64,000 bases of DNA from Paracoccaceae bacterium (GTDB lineage Bacteria; Pseudomonadota; Alphaproteobacteria; Rhodobacterales; Rhodobacteraceae): assembly GCA_029243395.1 (NCBI GenBank), contig JAQWSE010000007.1, forward strand, positions 5,690 through 69,689, read 5' to 3'. Both the position numbers and the translations under genes were made by a program. How positions within the stretch are numbered: the first letter of the stretch is position 1; each line of letters starts with the position of its first letter. Under the pieces are notes generated by a model. It was given only the letters and a program-made list of their open reading frames with translations. It did not search any database and was not told the DNA's origin. Positions 11,081 through 20,393 of this stretch are shown one piece after another.

Positions 11081-11998
11081 TTATATCCTTCGTAGAAGCA
11101 AATAAATTTCTTGAGGTGCAACAAAAAGCTCTAGCGCAATTTTAAAGCACATTGATAAAACTAATATAGCTAACAAAATTCTAAGTTGCTCAGATTGTAA
11201 TCTTAAGCCCAACCTAGTCCCAATTTGTGCTCCCACGACACCACCAATCAATAATAAGGTGGCTAGGACAATATCGACGCTGAAATTCTTACTTGCATGT
11301 AGGAAAGTTGTTGTTCCAGTTACAAAAATTATTTGGAAGAGAGAGGTTCCTACTACTACCTTCGTTGGCATCCCTAAAATATATATCATAGCAGGTACCA
11401 TGATAAAACCACCACCTACACCCATTATTGCGGCTAGGATTCCTACAAAGAAACCAATAACCAAGGCAGGTATTGAGCTAATATATAAATTAGATGCTCG
11501 GAATCTCATTTTTAAGGGAAGACCCTGCATCCATGAGTGATGGCGTTTCTTAAGTCTTTTTTTGTTTTTTTTAATATCTCTTAAAGCCCTTATGCTTTCC
11601 ACAAACATAAGCAGACCTATAATGCCAAGAAAGAAAACGTAACAAATTTTTATTATTAATTCTAATTGACCTAGGTTTTTTAAAATCCCAAATAGCTCTA
11701 CACCAAAAGCGGAGCCAACAACGCCGCCAAGAACGAGTAGTAAACCCATTTTTACATCGACAGTCCTTCGCTTGAAATGGGCGATTGCTCCCGAAGTCGA
11801 AGCGCCTAATATTTGATTGGCCTCACTGGCAACAGCAATTGCGGGAGGTATTCCAATAAAGAAAAGAAGAGGTGTCATTAAGAAACCACCTCCCACGCCA
11901 AACATACCGGATAAGACCCCAACAATACCACCTAGGCCAACGAGCAGGAATAAGTTTACTGACATCTCAGCTATTGGTAAATATATCTGCATTTTCAA
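11081..11998 (-). CDS. TSUP (TauE/SafE) family anion exporter
   Basis: 305 aa polytopic membrane protein with the duplicated motifs GVGGGFLMTPLL and GVGGGFIMVPAM. Confidence 0.85.
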   Translation of the reverse strand: MKMQIYLPIAEMSVNLFLLVGLGGIVGVLSGMFGVGGGFLMTPLLFFIGIPPAIAVASEANQILGASTSGAIAHFKRRTVDVKMGLLLVLGGVVGSAFGVELFGILKNLGQLELIIKICYVFFLGIIGLLMFVESIRALRDIKKNKKRLKKRHHSWMQGLPLKMRFRASNLYISSIPALVIGFFVGILAAIMGVGGGFIMVPAMIYILGMPTKVVVGTSLFQIIFVTGTTTFLHASKNFSVDIVLATLLLIGGVVGAQIGTRLGLRLQSEQLRILLAILVLSMCFKIALELFVAPQEIYLLLRRI

Positions 11999-12057
11999 CT
12001 CTTAACGCGTGATTTTAATCCTGGTAGGGTTGTCAGTTAAGAAGGGCTATTACGCCT

Positions 12058-12858
12058 TTATTTAAAATTACGCAACAAAGATATCAATAATTTTTGAAGT
12101 TTTTTTTCACATGATTTGGCTATGTGTTTAGTTTGATCATGGCTTATTTTTTCTTCACTAAGGCCTGCAGCCATATTTGTTATTATAGAAATAGCTGCTA
12201 CTTTTAAACCAAAAAAATTAGCAAGAATTGTTTCGGGTACAGTAGACATACCGACTGCATCTGCTCCTAACATGTTCAAGGCTTTAATTTCAGCGGGCGT
12301 TTCAAATGATGGACCAGAAAACCAAGCATACACGCCCTGACTGATTTTGAGATTATTTTCTTTTGCTGCGGTAAAAATCGCCTCTATCATACCATTATTA
12401 TAAGCTTTTGTAAGGTTCACAAATCGTTCTTCTGATTTCTCTCCAATCAAGGGGTTTAAGCCCGAGAAGTTAATGTGATCTTTAATAACCATTAGGGATC
12501 CAGTGGGAATATTTTGTTTTAAGGAACCTGCTGCATTGGTTAAGAAAAGATGGGAAATGCCTAGTTTGGTTAAGAATTCAATTGGTTCCCGCATAGTATC
12601 GGACTTTCCATTTTCATAATAATGAGTTCGGCCACTTAAGATGGCAACCTTTGTTTCATTAATTGATCCAATCATCAATTTACCTTGATGACCAGTCACA
12701 GATGTTTCATCAAAATCTGCCAACTCCTCGTAGTCAAATTCACTAACTTCTTTTAGTGGTAGGATTCCCCCTAATCCGGATCCGAGTACAAGTCCTACTC
12801 TAACTGGAGCATTTCCAATCAGTTGACTAATATCTTTTGAATTTAACTTTCTTTTCAT
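12058..12858 (-). CDS. purine nucleoside phosphorylase (trimeric PNP family)
   Basis: 266 aa. Contains GSGLGG, GRTHYYENG and GADAVGMSTVPE. Its start overlaps the stop of the upstream permease by 1 nt (TAATG). Confidence 0.9.
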   Translation of the reverse strand: MKRKLNSKDISQLIGNAPVRVGLVLGSGLGGILPLKEVSEFDYEELADFDETSVTGHQGKLMIGSINETKVAILSGRTHYYENGKSDTMREPIEFLTKLGISHLFLTNAAGSLKQNIPTGSLMVIKDHINFSGLNPLIGEKSEERFVNLTKAYNNGMIEAIFTAAKENNLKISQGVYAWFSGPSFETPAEIKALNMLGADAVGMSTVPETILANFFGLKVAAISIITNMAAGLSEEKISHDQTKHIAKSCEKKLQKLLISLLRNFK

Positions 12859-14117
12859 TAACTTTCCTTCACGTAGGCTTTCCCAATTGCTTGAGGAGGC
12901 CGTGCACTACCCACAATACCTGCCACGACTATGATAGTAACTATATATGGAGACATTGCCAAGAATTCGCTAGGTATGGGGGTTCGCAATATTGCTAGCT
13001 TTTGCTGAAGAGAATCTGCAAATCCAAAAACTAGTGCTGCTAGTAAGGCACCAACGGGATGCCACCTTCCAAAGATCATTGCTGCCAATCCTATGAATCC
13101 TCTACCCCCTGTCATTCCTTCGTCAAAACGACCAACACTACCAAGCGTAAACCATGCTCCCCCAAATCCAGCTATCATGCCTCCAATAATTACATTCACA
13201 AATCTCGTTTTTATTACGCTTATTCCAAGCGTTTCAGCAGCTTTTGGATGTTCCCCTACAGCTCTAGCTCTCAGGCCGTAAGCTGTCTTAAATAAATAAA
13301 AAGTAGTAGAAAAGACTATTAGGATAGCTAGGTAAACAAATATGTTGTGTCTGAACAACATTGGTCCAATTATTGGCAGCTCAGCTAAGATTGGAATTTG
13401 AATGGCTTTAAAGACAGTTGCGTCATTTAAGTGCGGGTTTTTCTTGAGAAGGTGGCTGGTAAAAAAACTGGTTAGGCCCAGAACAAGGATATTGATAGCT
13501 ACCCCAGCTATTATTTGATCAACACGGAATGTTACGACCAAGAGTGCTAAAATTAGTCCGAAAACGCCACCAACAGTTATGGCTATTAAAAGTCCTAATA
13601 CGCTACCAAAGATGGATCCAAAAAGTGCTCCAGCAAATGCACCGGCTAACATCATTCCTTCAATTCCGATATTAATCACGGCGACTCGTTCGCACATAAT
13701 TCCCGCCATAGCGGCTAAAGCTATTGGAACAGCTCTCACAACGGTCGCCTGGAGCATTCCAGTTAGAGAAAAAGATTTACCAGCGGTGGCCCAAACTAAA
13801 AAAGCTGCTACTGCTAGGAAAAAGCTTATCGCAAAAAATACTGTGTATTCTTTAGGTGTTTTCACTATTAAACGTGCTCCAAAAAAGGCAATAATCAATG
13901 ACGCTATCCCAATAAAATTTTCTGCTGGGAGTACTAAATTCGGTAAGGCATAGGGATCTGATGGTCGTGAAAGGCGAAATGTTGCTTCACCTTCCACCCC
14001 AAATCCAAAAAGAATAAAGACAAATATAGCGAGCAGAATGAGAAAAGAGCCAGCAATCAGAGGACCATGAGCTTTGGTCATATTAATTGGCTGTTGTGAT
14101 CGAACTAATTTTTTCAT
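12858..14117 (-). CDS. ABC transporter permease (nucleoside/simple-sugar type)
   Basis: 419 aa polytopic permease in an operon with a BMP-family binding protein and a double ATPase. Confidence 0.85.
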   Translation of the reverse strand: MKKLVRSQQPINMTKAHGPLIAGSFLILLAIFVFILFGFGVEGEATFRLSRPSDPYALPNLVLPAENFIGIASLIIAFFGARLIVKTPKEYTVFFAISFFLAVAAFLVWATAGKSFSLTGMLQATVVRAVPIALAAMAGIMCERVAVINIGIEGMMLAGAFAGALFGSIFGSVLGLLIAITVGGVFGLILALLVVTFRVDQIIAGVAINILVLGLTSFFTSHLLKKNPHLNDATVFKAIQIPILAELPIIGPMLFRHNIFVYLAILIVFSTTFYLFKTAYGLRARAVGEHPKAAETLGISVIKTRFVNVIIGGMIAGFGGAWFTLGSVGRFDEGMTGGRGFIGLAAMIFGRWHPVGALLAALVFGFADSLQQKLAILRTPIPSEFLAMSPYIVTIIVVAGIVGSARPPQAIGKAYVKES

Positions 14118-14128
14118 TGTTTTTCAAA

Positions 14129-15226
14129 TCATGTTTTTGGGAAAAACCATGGGAAAATTGATTTTATTAAAATCGGGGCGGCAATAAAAATGATAATTAA
14201 TGCTTGAATCACAGTAATTAAATCAAGGCTGACCCCGGCAGATACTTGCATTTCCCGGCCTCCTGCAACGAGGGCTCCAAACAATATGCCAGAAAAGAGT
14301 ACCCCAATAGGGTGTGCTCGCCCAAGCAACGCAACGGCAATGGCATCAAATCCTATACCTGCGGAAAAACCACTTGTAGCACGACCTAAAACTCCGGATA
14401 TTTGAGAAGCACCGGCCAATCCAGCACACAAGCCAGCAGCACTCATGGCTAAAATAACAGCTAGTGATGAATTGACTCCAGCGTATTTTGCCGCATGTAT
14501 GTTAGTTCCAACTGTTCGGAACTCAAAGCCAATGGTTGTATGAAAGATTATCCAGTAAACTAGAACTACAGCAAGGACAGCTAGTAAGAAACCAGCATGG
14601 ATCCGAAGATTAGGATCGATAAAACCAAGTAATCGGGGTAGTTCAGCAGTCTCTAATACAGACTTTGATATAGGGTCATTTCTTCCTTCTTTTTGTATAA
14701 AAGGAAGGCGGAGAAAGAAATCAAGCAGTCTAAATGCAATTAAGTTCAGCATGATGGTGGTTATAACTTCATGTGCTCCCGTAAATGCTTTGAGCCATCC
14801 TGATATGAAGGCGTAACCAGCGCCAAATGCAGCGCCAATGGCCAGCACTATTGTAAGGTGTAGCAGTAACGGTAATTCAACTGAAAAACCAACAATGACT
14901 GCAGCTAAGCCACCAATAATAATTTGACCTTCCGCTCCTATATTAAAGAGACCTGCCCTAAAGCCAATAGCGATCCCTAAAGCAGCAAAAATAAGCGGTG
15001 TAGAAGCAGTTAGGGTTTCTGATAAAGCTGATACTGAGCCAAAAGAGCCGACAAATAAGGAGATCAATGCCCTTAATGCGGTCTGGTAACTTTCACCTGA
15101 TAATAAGAGTAAGAGTAATCCTATTGTGATTGCTAAGGATGTAGCTAAAATTGGTATAATAAATATGTCTAAGAAGGTTGCTTTATCAATTGAAAATGTT
15201 TGTCTAATTTTGAGGAAGATTTTCAT
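14129..15226 (-). CDS. ABC transporter permease (nucleoside/simple-sugar type)
   Basis: 365 aa polytopic permease. Its start overlaps the ATPase stop by 1 nt. Confidence 0.85.
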   Translation of the reverse strand: MKIFLKIRQTFSIDKATFLDIFIIPILATSLAITIGLLLLLLSGESYQTALRALISLFVGSFGSVSALSETLTASTPLIFAALGIAIGFRAGLFNIGAEGQIIIGGLAAVIVGFSVELPLLLHLTIVLAIGAAFGAGYAFISGWLKAFTGAHEVITTIMLNLIAFRLLDFFLRLPFIQKEGRNDPISKSVLETAELPRLLGFIDPNLRIHAGFLLAVLAVVLVYWIIFHTTIGFEFRTVGTNIHAAKYAGVNSSLAVILAMSAAGLCAGLAGASQISGVLGRATSGFSAGIGFDAIAVALLGRAHPIGVLFSGILFGALVAGGREMQVSAGVSLDLITVIQALIIIFIAAPILIKSIFPWFFPKT

Positions 15227-16728
15227 TAGGTTACTACTCCAGCCATGGCCAACCCAATGATTTTGGGATCCGTATTAGAAGGAAGTTCCGCAACAATTTT
15301 ACCTTCAAAAAAAACGACAATTCGATCTGATAAAGTTATAATTTCTTCTAATTCGGTAGAGTTTAATAAGACACCAATGCCAGCATTTCTAGCAGCAATT
15401 ATCTGGCTGTGTATGTATTCGATGGAACCTACATCTACCCCCCTTGTTGGTTGAGATGCGATCAACAAATTAATCTTGCGAGACATTTCCCTCCCTATAA
15501 CTAGCTTTTGCTGATTGCCTCCAGAAAGATTGCCAGCAGGACTAGATTCTGAGTTTGCTCGAACATCAAATTGTTTCATTACCCTTGCTGCCTCAGATCT
15601 AGCATTATTCCAATTAAGGGATATATTTTTTGAAAAATCAGCCTCATAGTAAGTATTTAAAATGATGTTTTCTGTCAGTGAAAATTCATTTATTAATCCT
15701 TGCTTCTGACGATCTTCGGGTATGTGTTTAATTCCCATTTGATGAATTTTTCTTGGGGTAAAATTTGTGCAATTCGTGTCAAAGTAGGATATTTCTCCTG
15801 AGGATATTTTTCTTAGTCCTGTCAAAGCTTCTATGAACTCTGTTTGACCATTCCCTTGCACTCCGGCGATGCCAAGTATTTCTTTCTCATGTAATTTTAG
15901 ATTTACATCTGAAACGACTTTTTCTTTTTTATCAGAGATGACTTGCAAATTTTTTACTTTAAGCAACACATTACCTGGATCTATCTTTTTTCGCTTTGTA
16001 TTAAGGTTCACTGATCTGCCTACCATAAGCTCTGCAAGTTCCGAGTTAGAAGTTTTCTTGGGATTGACTTCCCCAACCACTTCTCCTCTGCGTAAGACAT
16101 TAATTCTGTCACAAATTTGTATTACTTCATGCAATTTGTGAGTTATGAAAATAATGGCTTTACCCGAGTTCTTCAGACTATTCACTATCATGAAAAAATC
16201 TGAAACTTCTTGTGGTGTTAAGACAGCTGTGGGTTCATCAAAAATTAAAAGCTCTGCCTTTCTAAACAATATCTTGATTATTTCCACCCTTTGCTGAACT
16301 CCAACAGGCAGCCTTTCTACTAACTCATCCGGATCAACATTTAAGTTATATTTTGAACTTATATTTTGAACTTTTTCCCTTGCCTCTTTCAAATTTATTC
16401 TATTTACGGCTGTGGTTGGTTCATTGCCTAGAATCACATTTTCTGTAACTGAAAACACAGGTACAAGCATGAAGTGCTGGTGAACCATGCCTATTCCATT
16501 TTTGATAGCATCTCGTGGATTAGAGAATTCTCTTTGTTGACCCTTAATTAGCACCTGACCTGAATCTGGTTTATATAAACCAGTTAGGACATTCATTAGG
16601 GTAGTTTTGCCTGCTCCATTTTCACCTAGAAGTCCTAGAGTCTCGCCACTAGAAACTGACAAATTTATCTTAGTATTTGCAGCAACCGGGCCGAAACTTT
16701 TACTTATTTCTTTTAATTCAATTTTCAA
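15226..16728 (-). CDS. ABC transporter ATP-binding protein (fused double ATPase)
   Basis: 500 aa. Walker A GENGAGKTT, a second degenerate P-loop GVQGNGQTE, and the signature LSGGNQQK. Confidence 0.92.
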   Translation of the reverse strand: MKIELKEISKSFGPVAANTKINLSVSSGETLGLLGENGAGKTTLMNVLTGLYKPDSGQVLIKGQQREFSNPRDAIKNGIGMVHQHFMLVPVFSVTENVILGNEPTTAVNRINLKEAREKVQNISSKYNLNVDPDELVERLPVGVQQRVEIIKILFRKAELLIFDEPTAVLTPQEVSDFFMIVNSLKNSGKAIIFITHKLHEVIQICDRINVLRRGEVVGEVNPKKTSNSELAELMVGRSVNLNTKRKKIDPGNVLLKVKNLQVISDKKEKVVSDVNLKLHEKEILGIAGVQGNGQTEFIEALTGLRKISSGEISYFDTNCTNFTPRKIHQMGIKHIPEDRQKQGLINEFSLTENIILNTYYEADFSKNISLNWNNARSEAARVMKQFDVRANSESSPAGNLSGGNQQKLVIGREMSRKINLLIASQPTRGVDVGSIEYIHSQIIAARNAGIGVLLNSTELEEIITLSDRIVVFFEGKIVAELPSNTDPKIIGLAMAGVVT

Positions 16729-16760
16729 AGTTTTGTTTCGCCCCGGATGAATCCTGTGTA

Positions 16761-17786
16761 TCAGTTCATTTTAATTGAACCTGAAATTATCCCCTTGCGA
16801 AGAGCCTCAACTTCAGCAGCTAAATCGCTAGGTACGGAGCTGGATAGTTCGTGATAAGGAGCTATCCCAACGCCACCATTTTCTAAAGTGCCAGCTGTAA
16901 CGCCGCCAGAAAAATTACCTGACTTTGCCATCTCTATAACACTTAATGTAGTTGCATCCATATTCTTCATTACAGAAGTAAGGTAAACGCCTTTCCTTGT
17001 TGGATCCGTGACTGTCCAATCACCATCTACCCCGATGATTTTTAGTTTATCACTTCCTAGCTCGTTTGCTAGGGAAGCTGAGCCTAAACCTACTGGCCCT
17101 GCCACAGGCATAACTATGTCGGCGCCTTCATCATAAAGATTTTGAGCGAAAGCTCTTCCATCATCTAAGGAATCAAAGTTGTTAGTAAACAAGCCTTCTT
17201 TTGCTGCAGGATCCCAACCGAGAACTTGTATATTTTTCCCTTTGACTTTGTTGTAGTGGGCAACACCCCATGCAAAACCATCCATGAACCCGGTCACTGG
17301 AGGAATGTTTATGCCTCCAAAAGTGCCTACTATACCAGTTTTGCTCACCCCTGCAGATACATACCCTGCTAAGAATGCAGCCTGATCAGTTTCAAAGACC
17401 TGCCCCAAAACATTAGGAATAGTTGGTTTATAAGCAAAATCAATAATTGTAAACTTAGAATCAGGATTTGCTTCGGCTGCTTTTTGTGTGGCTTCTCCCA
17501 TTAAAAATCCGACAGCAACTATGATATCACAGCCCGCTCCAACCATAGAATTCAGGTGCGGTTCATAGTCTGTGCCATCTTTTGACTCCAATATTTTTGA
17601 GTCAATACCATGTTTGGCCACGGCATCTTGTACACCTTTCCAAGCGGTTTCATTGAAACTCTTATCATCAACTCCACCAAGGTCAGTTACTTGGCAAGCA
17701 GTAAATGCATTAGCAGACTGTACTGTTGCTAAAAGTAAGCCAGCAAATGCCCCACTTGTTAGCCTTAAAATTGTATTTAATTTCAT
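16761..17786 (-). CDS. BMP family (PnrA/Med-like) periplasmic substrate-binding protein, probable nucleoside binding
   Basis: Signal peptide LRLTSGAFAGLLLATVQSANA. Overall BMP-like sequence (DDKSFNE, GTFGGINIPPV). The track ORF starts at 17792, but the second ATG at 17786 has GAGGA at ideal spacing. Confidence 0.85.
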   Translation of the reverse strand: MKLNTILRLTSGAFAGLLLATVQSANAFTACQVTDLGGVDDKSFNETAWKGVQDAVAKHGIDSKILESKDGTDYEPHLNSMVGAGCDIIVAVGFLMGEATQKAAEANPDSKFTIIDFAYKPTIPNVLGQVFETDQAAFLAGYVSAGVSKTGIVGTFGGINIPPVTGFMDGFAWGVAHYNKVKGKNIQVLGWDPAAKEGLFTNNFDSLDDGRAFAQNLYDEGADIVMPVAGPVGLGSASLANELGSDKLKIIGVDGDWTVTDPTRKGVYLTSVMKNMDATTLSVIEMAKSGNFSGGVTAGTLENGGVGIAPYHELSSSVPSDLAAEVEALRKGIISGSIKMN

Positions 17787-17968
17787 ATTCATTCCTCACA
17801 TATCTTTGGCTTAAGCTGTGAGTATGAAACTTTTGTTGGATAGGTGCAATACCCGCAATGGCAAATTCAGTTATTTTTGGATGTAAATTAGCTATTAGAT
17901 TTATAGGATGCCATTATAATTTTAAAATCTAGGATCGTAGTGAATGGCCAGAATATTCATTCTTAAAC

Positions 17969-17980
17969 TTGAGATCTCAA
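17969..17980. promoter_or_regulatory. 12-bp perfect palindrome TTGAGATCTCAA upstream of the nucleoside ABC operon
   Basis: Perfect palindrome in the 219-nt spacer between the rimI stop and the binding-protein start. It has the same TTG-N-GATC-N-CAA frame as the mdh-sucC palindromes. Confidence 0.3.
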
Positions 17981-18011
17981 AATACTGTAGGCTTTATTCA
18001 GAGATCATAGG

Positions 18012-18464
18012 TCATCGTTCATTCACTAAGATTTTTTTCATAATTAGTGCATCAGCTTTTTTGTCACTGGAGATTTGATAATAATTCTTTCTAATCCCAC
18101 ATCTATTAAATCCTGCTTTCGAATAAAGTTTGATTCCAGCTATATTATCAGACGCAACTTCTAAAAATATTTTCTCGCAACTAGTTTTTTTTATGAGCTG
18201 AATTATTCTTATTAATATTGAATATCCAATGCCTTGTTGTTGAAATTCAGGTTTGATGCCCATGGTAATTATTTCGGCCTCCACATCTGATAACCTTGCC
18301 AAACAAAAACCTTTTTGTTCTTGCTCAATAAATTTTACATTAGGATTTTGGATCAAAGATAATATGAGAGAGGAGGAAAATTTTGTACCAGGATTACCAA
18401 AGCAAGCTTTGTGGATAACTGCGAAGCTTTGGGCTAACATTTCCAAATTTTTTTTATTACACAT
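18012..18464 (-). CDS. rimI: GNAT acetyltransferase, probable ribosomal-protein-alanine N-acetyltransferase
   Basis: 150 aa with the GNAT motif QQQGIGYSIL. It overlaps the end of tsaB by 8 nt, the usual tsaB-rimI pairing. Confidence 0.75.
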   Translation of the reverse strand: MCNKKNLEMLAQSFAVIHKACFGNPGTKFSSSLILSLIQNPNVKFIEQEQKGFCLARLSDVEAEIITMGIKPEFQQQGIGYSILIRIIQLIKKTSCEKIFLEVASDNIAGIKLYSKAGFNRCGIRKNYYQISSDKKADALIMKKILVNER

Positions 18465-19137
18465 TGGATCCTAAGATAAGGGGAATTGGTTCTTTAGGCA
18501 ATTTAGCATCTGGACCTTTAATATAGAGTGGTACTGGACTAGGCCCACCAGTTCCGAGGTATTTTAGTGCTATTAACCCAATTTTTTTTGTTGTTGGTAC
18601 ACTGTTATTTACTCCATGTTGTAAGTTAAGATTTTTTGCTATTTGTATTGCGCTATCACCCGAAATAATTGTGTTTGGCACATAATTTTTCTTTAATATT
18701 TCGGATATGGTAGTTTCAGTAGGTGGTTTTGTGGGTTTTTTATTTATGAACAACTGGGTATAAAATGACTTCTCAGTGTTTGCGACCAATGCAAGTGTTG
18801 GTTGGTTGCTCTCAATTAGGGTCTCAAACCTATTCACTCCATACACCTTTATCTTTAGAGCCATCGCTAGTCCTTTAGCTGCCGAAATACCGATACGTAG
18901 ACCCGTAAAATTCCCTGGGCCAACACCTACACCAATAGCTTTCACGTTTTTTAGAGTGAGGTTAGCCTCACTGAAGATGCGTTGAATGAAAGTAAACAAC
19001 TTTTCAGATTGACCTTTTTGCATTAGGCTAGATTTTTCTGCAAGCAGAACATCATCTTGTAAAAGTGATACAGAACAGTGACTTACGGAAGTATCTAGCG
19101 CAAGGATAATATTTCTAGCAACATTTTTCTTAGCCAT
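18457..19137 (-). CDS. tsaB: tRNA threonylcarbamoyladenosine (t6A) biosynthesis protein TsaB
   Basis: 226 aa. N-terminus ILALDTSVSHCSVSLL and GPGNFTGLRIGISAAKG. Confidence 0.85.
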   Translation of the reverse strand: MAKKNVARNIILALDTSVSHCSVSLLQDDVLLAEKSSLMQKGQSEKLFTFIQRIFSEANLTLKNVKAIGVGVGPGNFTGLRIGISAAKGLAMALKIKVYGVNRFETLIESNQPTLALVANTEKSFYTQLFINKKPTKPPTETTISEILKKNYVPNTIISGDSAIQIAKNLNLQHGVNNSVPTTKKIGLIALKYLGTGGPSPVPLYIKGPDAKLPKEPIPLILGSNV

Positions 19138-19139
19138 GA

Positions 19140-19700
19140 TCAGGCAGCTATAGGTCGGACTTCTTTTACCTCAGGGATGAAATGTTTAAGTAGGTTTTCA
19201 ATACCCATTTTTAGGGTCATAGTTGAAGATGGGCAGCCTGCACAGGCTCCTTGCATGTGTAGGTAGACTATACCTTCTTCATAACCGTGAAATGTAATGT
19301 CTCCACCATCTTGGGCAACTGCAGGCCTGACCCTTGTATCAAGCAATTCTTTTATTTGATCTACAATTACACTGTCTGGACCATGGTGTTCGGCATGACT
19401 TGGGGTAATATTTTCTTCAAGCATGACAGGTAAACCAGATTGGAAGTGTTCCATAATGACACCCAGAATAGCAGGCTTAACATGTTCCCAATCTATATCA
19501 TTATCTTTAGTAACAGTTATGAAGTCTGAACCAAAAAATACCCCAGATATTCCTTCCACTTCAAAGATTCTTTTTGCCAAAGGGGATTGTTCTGAATTTT
19601 TAATTGAAGGAAAATCTGCCGTTCCCGTCTGAAGGACAGTACGACCAGGAAGAAACTTAAGAGTTGCTGGATTTGGGGTGGATTCGGTTTGAATAAACAT
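19140..19700 (-). CDS. NifU/Nfu family Fe-S cluster assembly protein
   Basis: 186 aa. Nfu_N-type start MFIQTESTPNPATLKF and the C-terminal motif CAGCPSS. Confidence 0.88.
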   Translation of the reverse strand: MFIQTESTPNPATLKFLPGRTVLQTGTADFPSIKNSEQSPLAKRIFEVEGISGVFFGSDFITVTKDNDIDWEHVKPAILGVIMEHFQSGLPVMLEENITPSHAEHHGPDSVIVDQIKELLDTRVRPAVAQDGGDITFHGYEEGIVYLHMQGACAGCPSSTMTLKMGIENLLKHFIPEVKEVRPIAA

Positions 19701-19786
19701 GATGGACCTCCTATCCAGAATGAGAATGCATTAGTTTTGTTATCAAATCAACCAAAACTTAGAATCTTTCTAAACTAAACCATAAA

Positions 19787-20245
19787 TTAAGAAACGGATA
19801 TGATTGATTCTTTTGTCAAAGAACCTGGAACAATTGTTACAGGTACTGGTAAAGTACCGCCTTGTCGAGCTACTAGTTGCGTGACTAGGGGGCCTGGGCC
19901 TTCACTCGAAATTCCCGCACCCAATACAATTATTCCTACCTCTGGATCTTCTTGTACCTGTGCTAACACTTCAGTAACTTTGTCTCCCTCTCTTATAATC
20001 AATTCTGGAATGATACCCTCTTCCTTTTCTATGATCTTGGAGAAAATCTTGAAATGTTCTTGGATGCGTTCTTTGGCTTCAAATTTCATCTGCTCAGCAA
20101 CCCCAAGCCAATGTTGGAATTCTTCCGGAGCTATAATACCCAATATTTCTACCTGTCCACCAGTTTTTGAAGCACGTATGGCTGCAAATCTAAGTGCATT
20201 AACAAATTCAGGACTATTGTCCATGACAACCAAAAATTTTCGCAT
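19787..20245 (-). CDS. universal stress protein family
   Basis: 152 aa. USP-like layout (FLVVMDNSPE ... IIVLGAG ... VPVTIVP). The equally long antisense ORF is rejected. Confidence 0.7.
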   Translation of the reverse strand: MRKFLVVMDNSPEFVNALRFAAIRASKTGGQVEILGIIAPEEFQHWLGVAEQMKFEAKERIQEHFKIFSKIIEKEEGIIPELIIREGDKVTEVLAQVQEDPEVGIIVLGAGISSEGPGPLVTQLVARQGGTLPVPVTIVPGSLTKESIISVS

Positions 20246-20393
20246 TGGAGAGGAAACCTTTATATGATTGAAATTATATTAAAGAATAGTTTTGTATGCG
20301 TTACACAACCTTAGTTTACTTCATAACCCATGTATTAACAATAATGAGGGACCTAATATGCTATGCCGTTTACTTTAGAGATAGGATGCGCAC

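Noticed and set aside
17787-18011. A possible purine or 2'-deoxyguanosine riboswitch in the leader of the nucleoside ABC operon.
   Set aside because: Reading the minus strand, I found only a loose GUUUCAUAC resemblance to the J2/3 GUUUCUACC element. There is no AUAUGG, CCGUAAA or GACUAU core, and no convincing P1-P2-P3 junction.
19800-20267. A 155-aa plus-strand ORF, slightly longer than the universal stress protein gene it overlaps.
   Set aside because: The translation is S/T/P/C-rich and low-complexity, typical of an antisense frame. The minus-strand product has a coherent USP-like sequence and fits the trpS-usp-nfu gene string.
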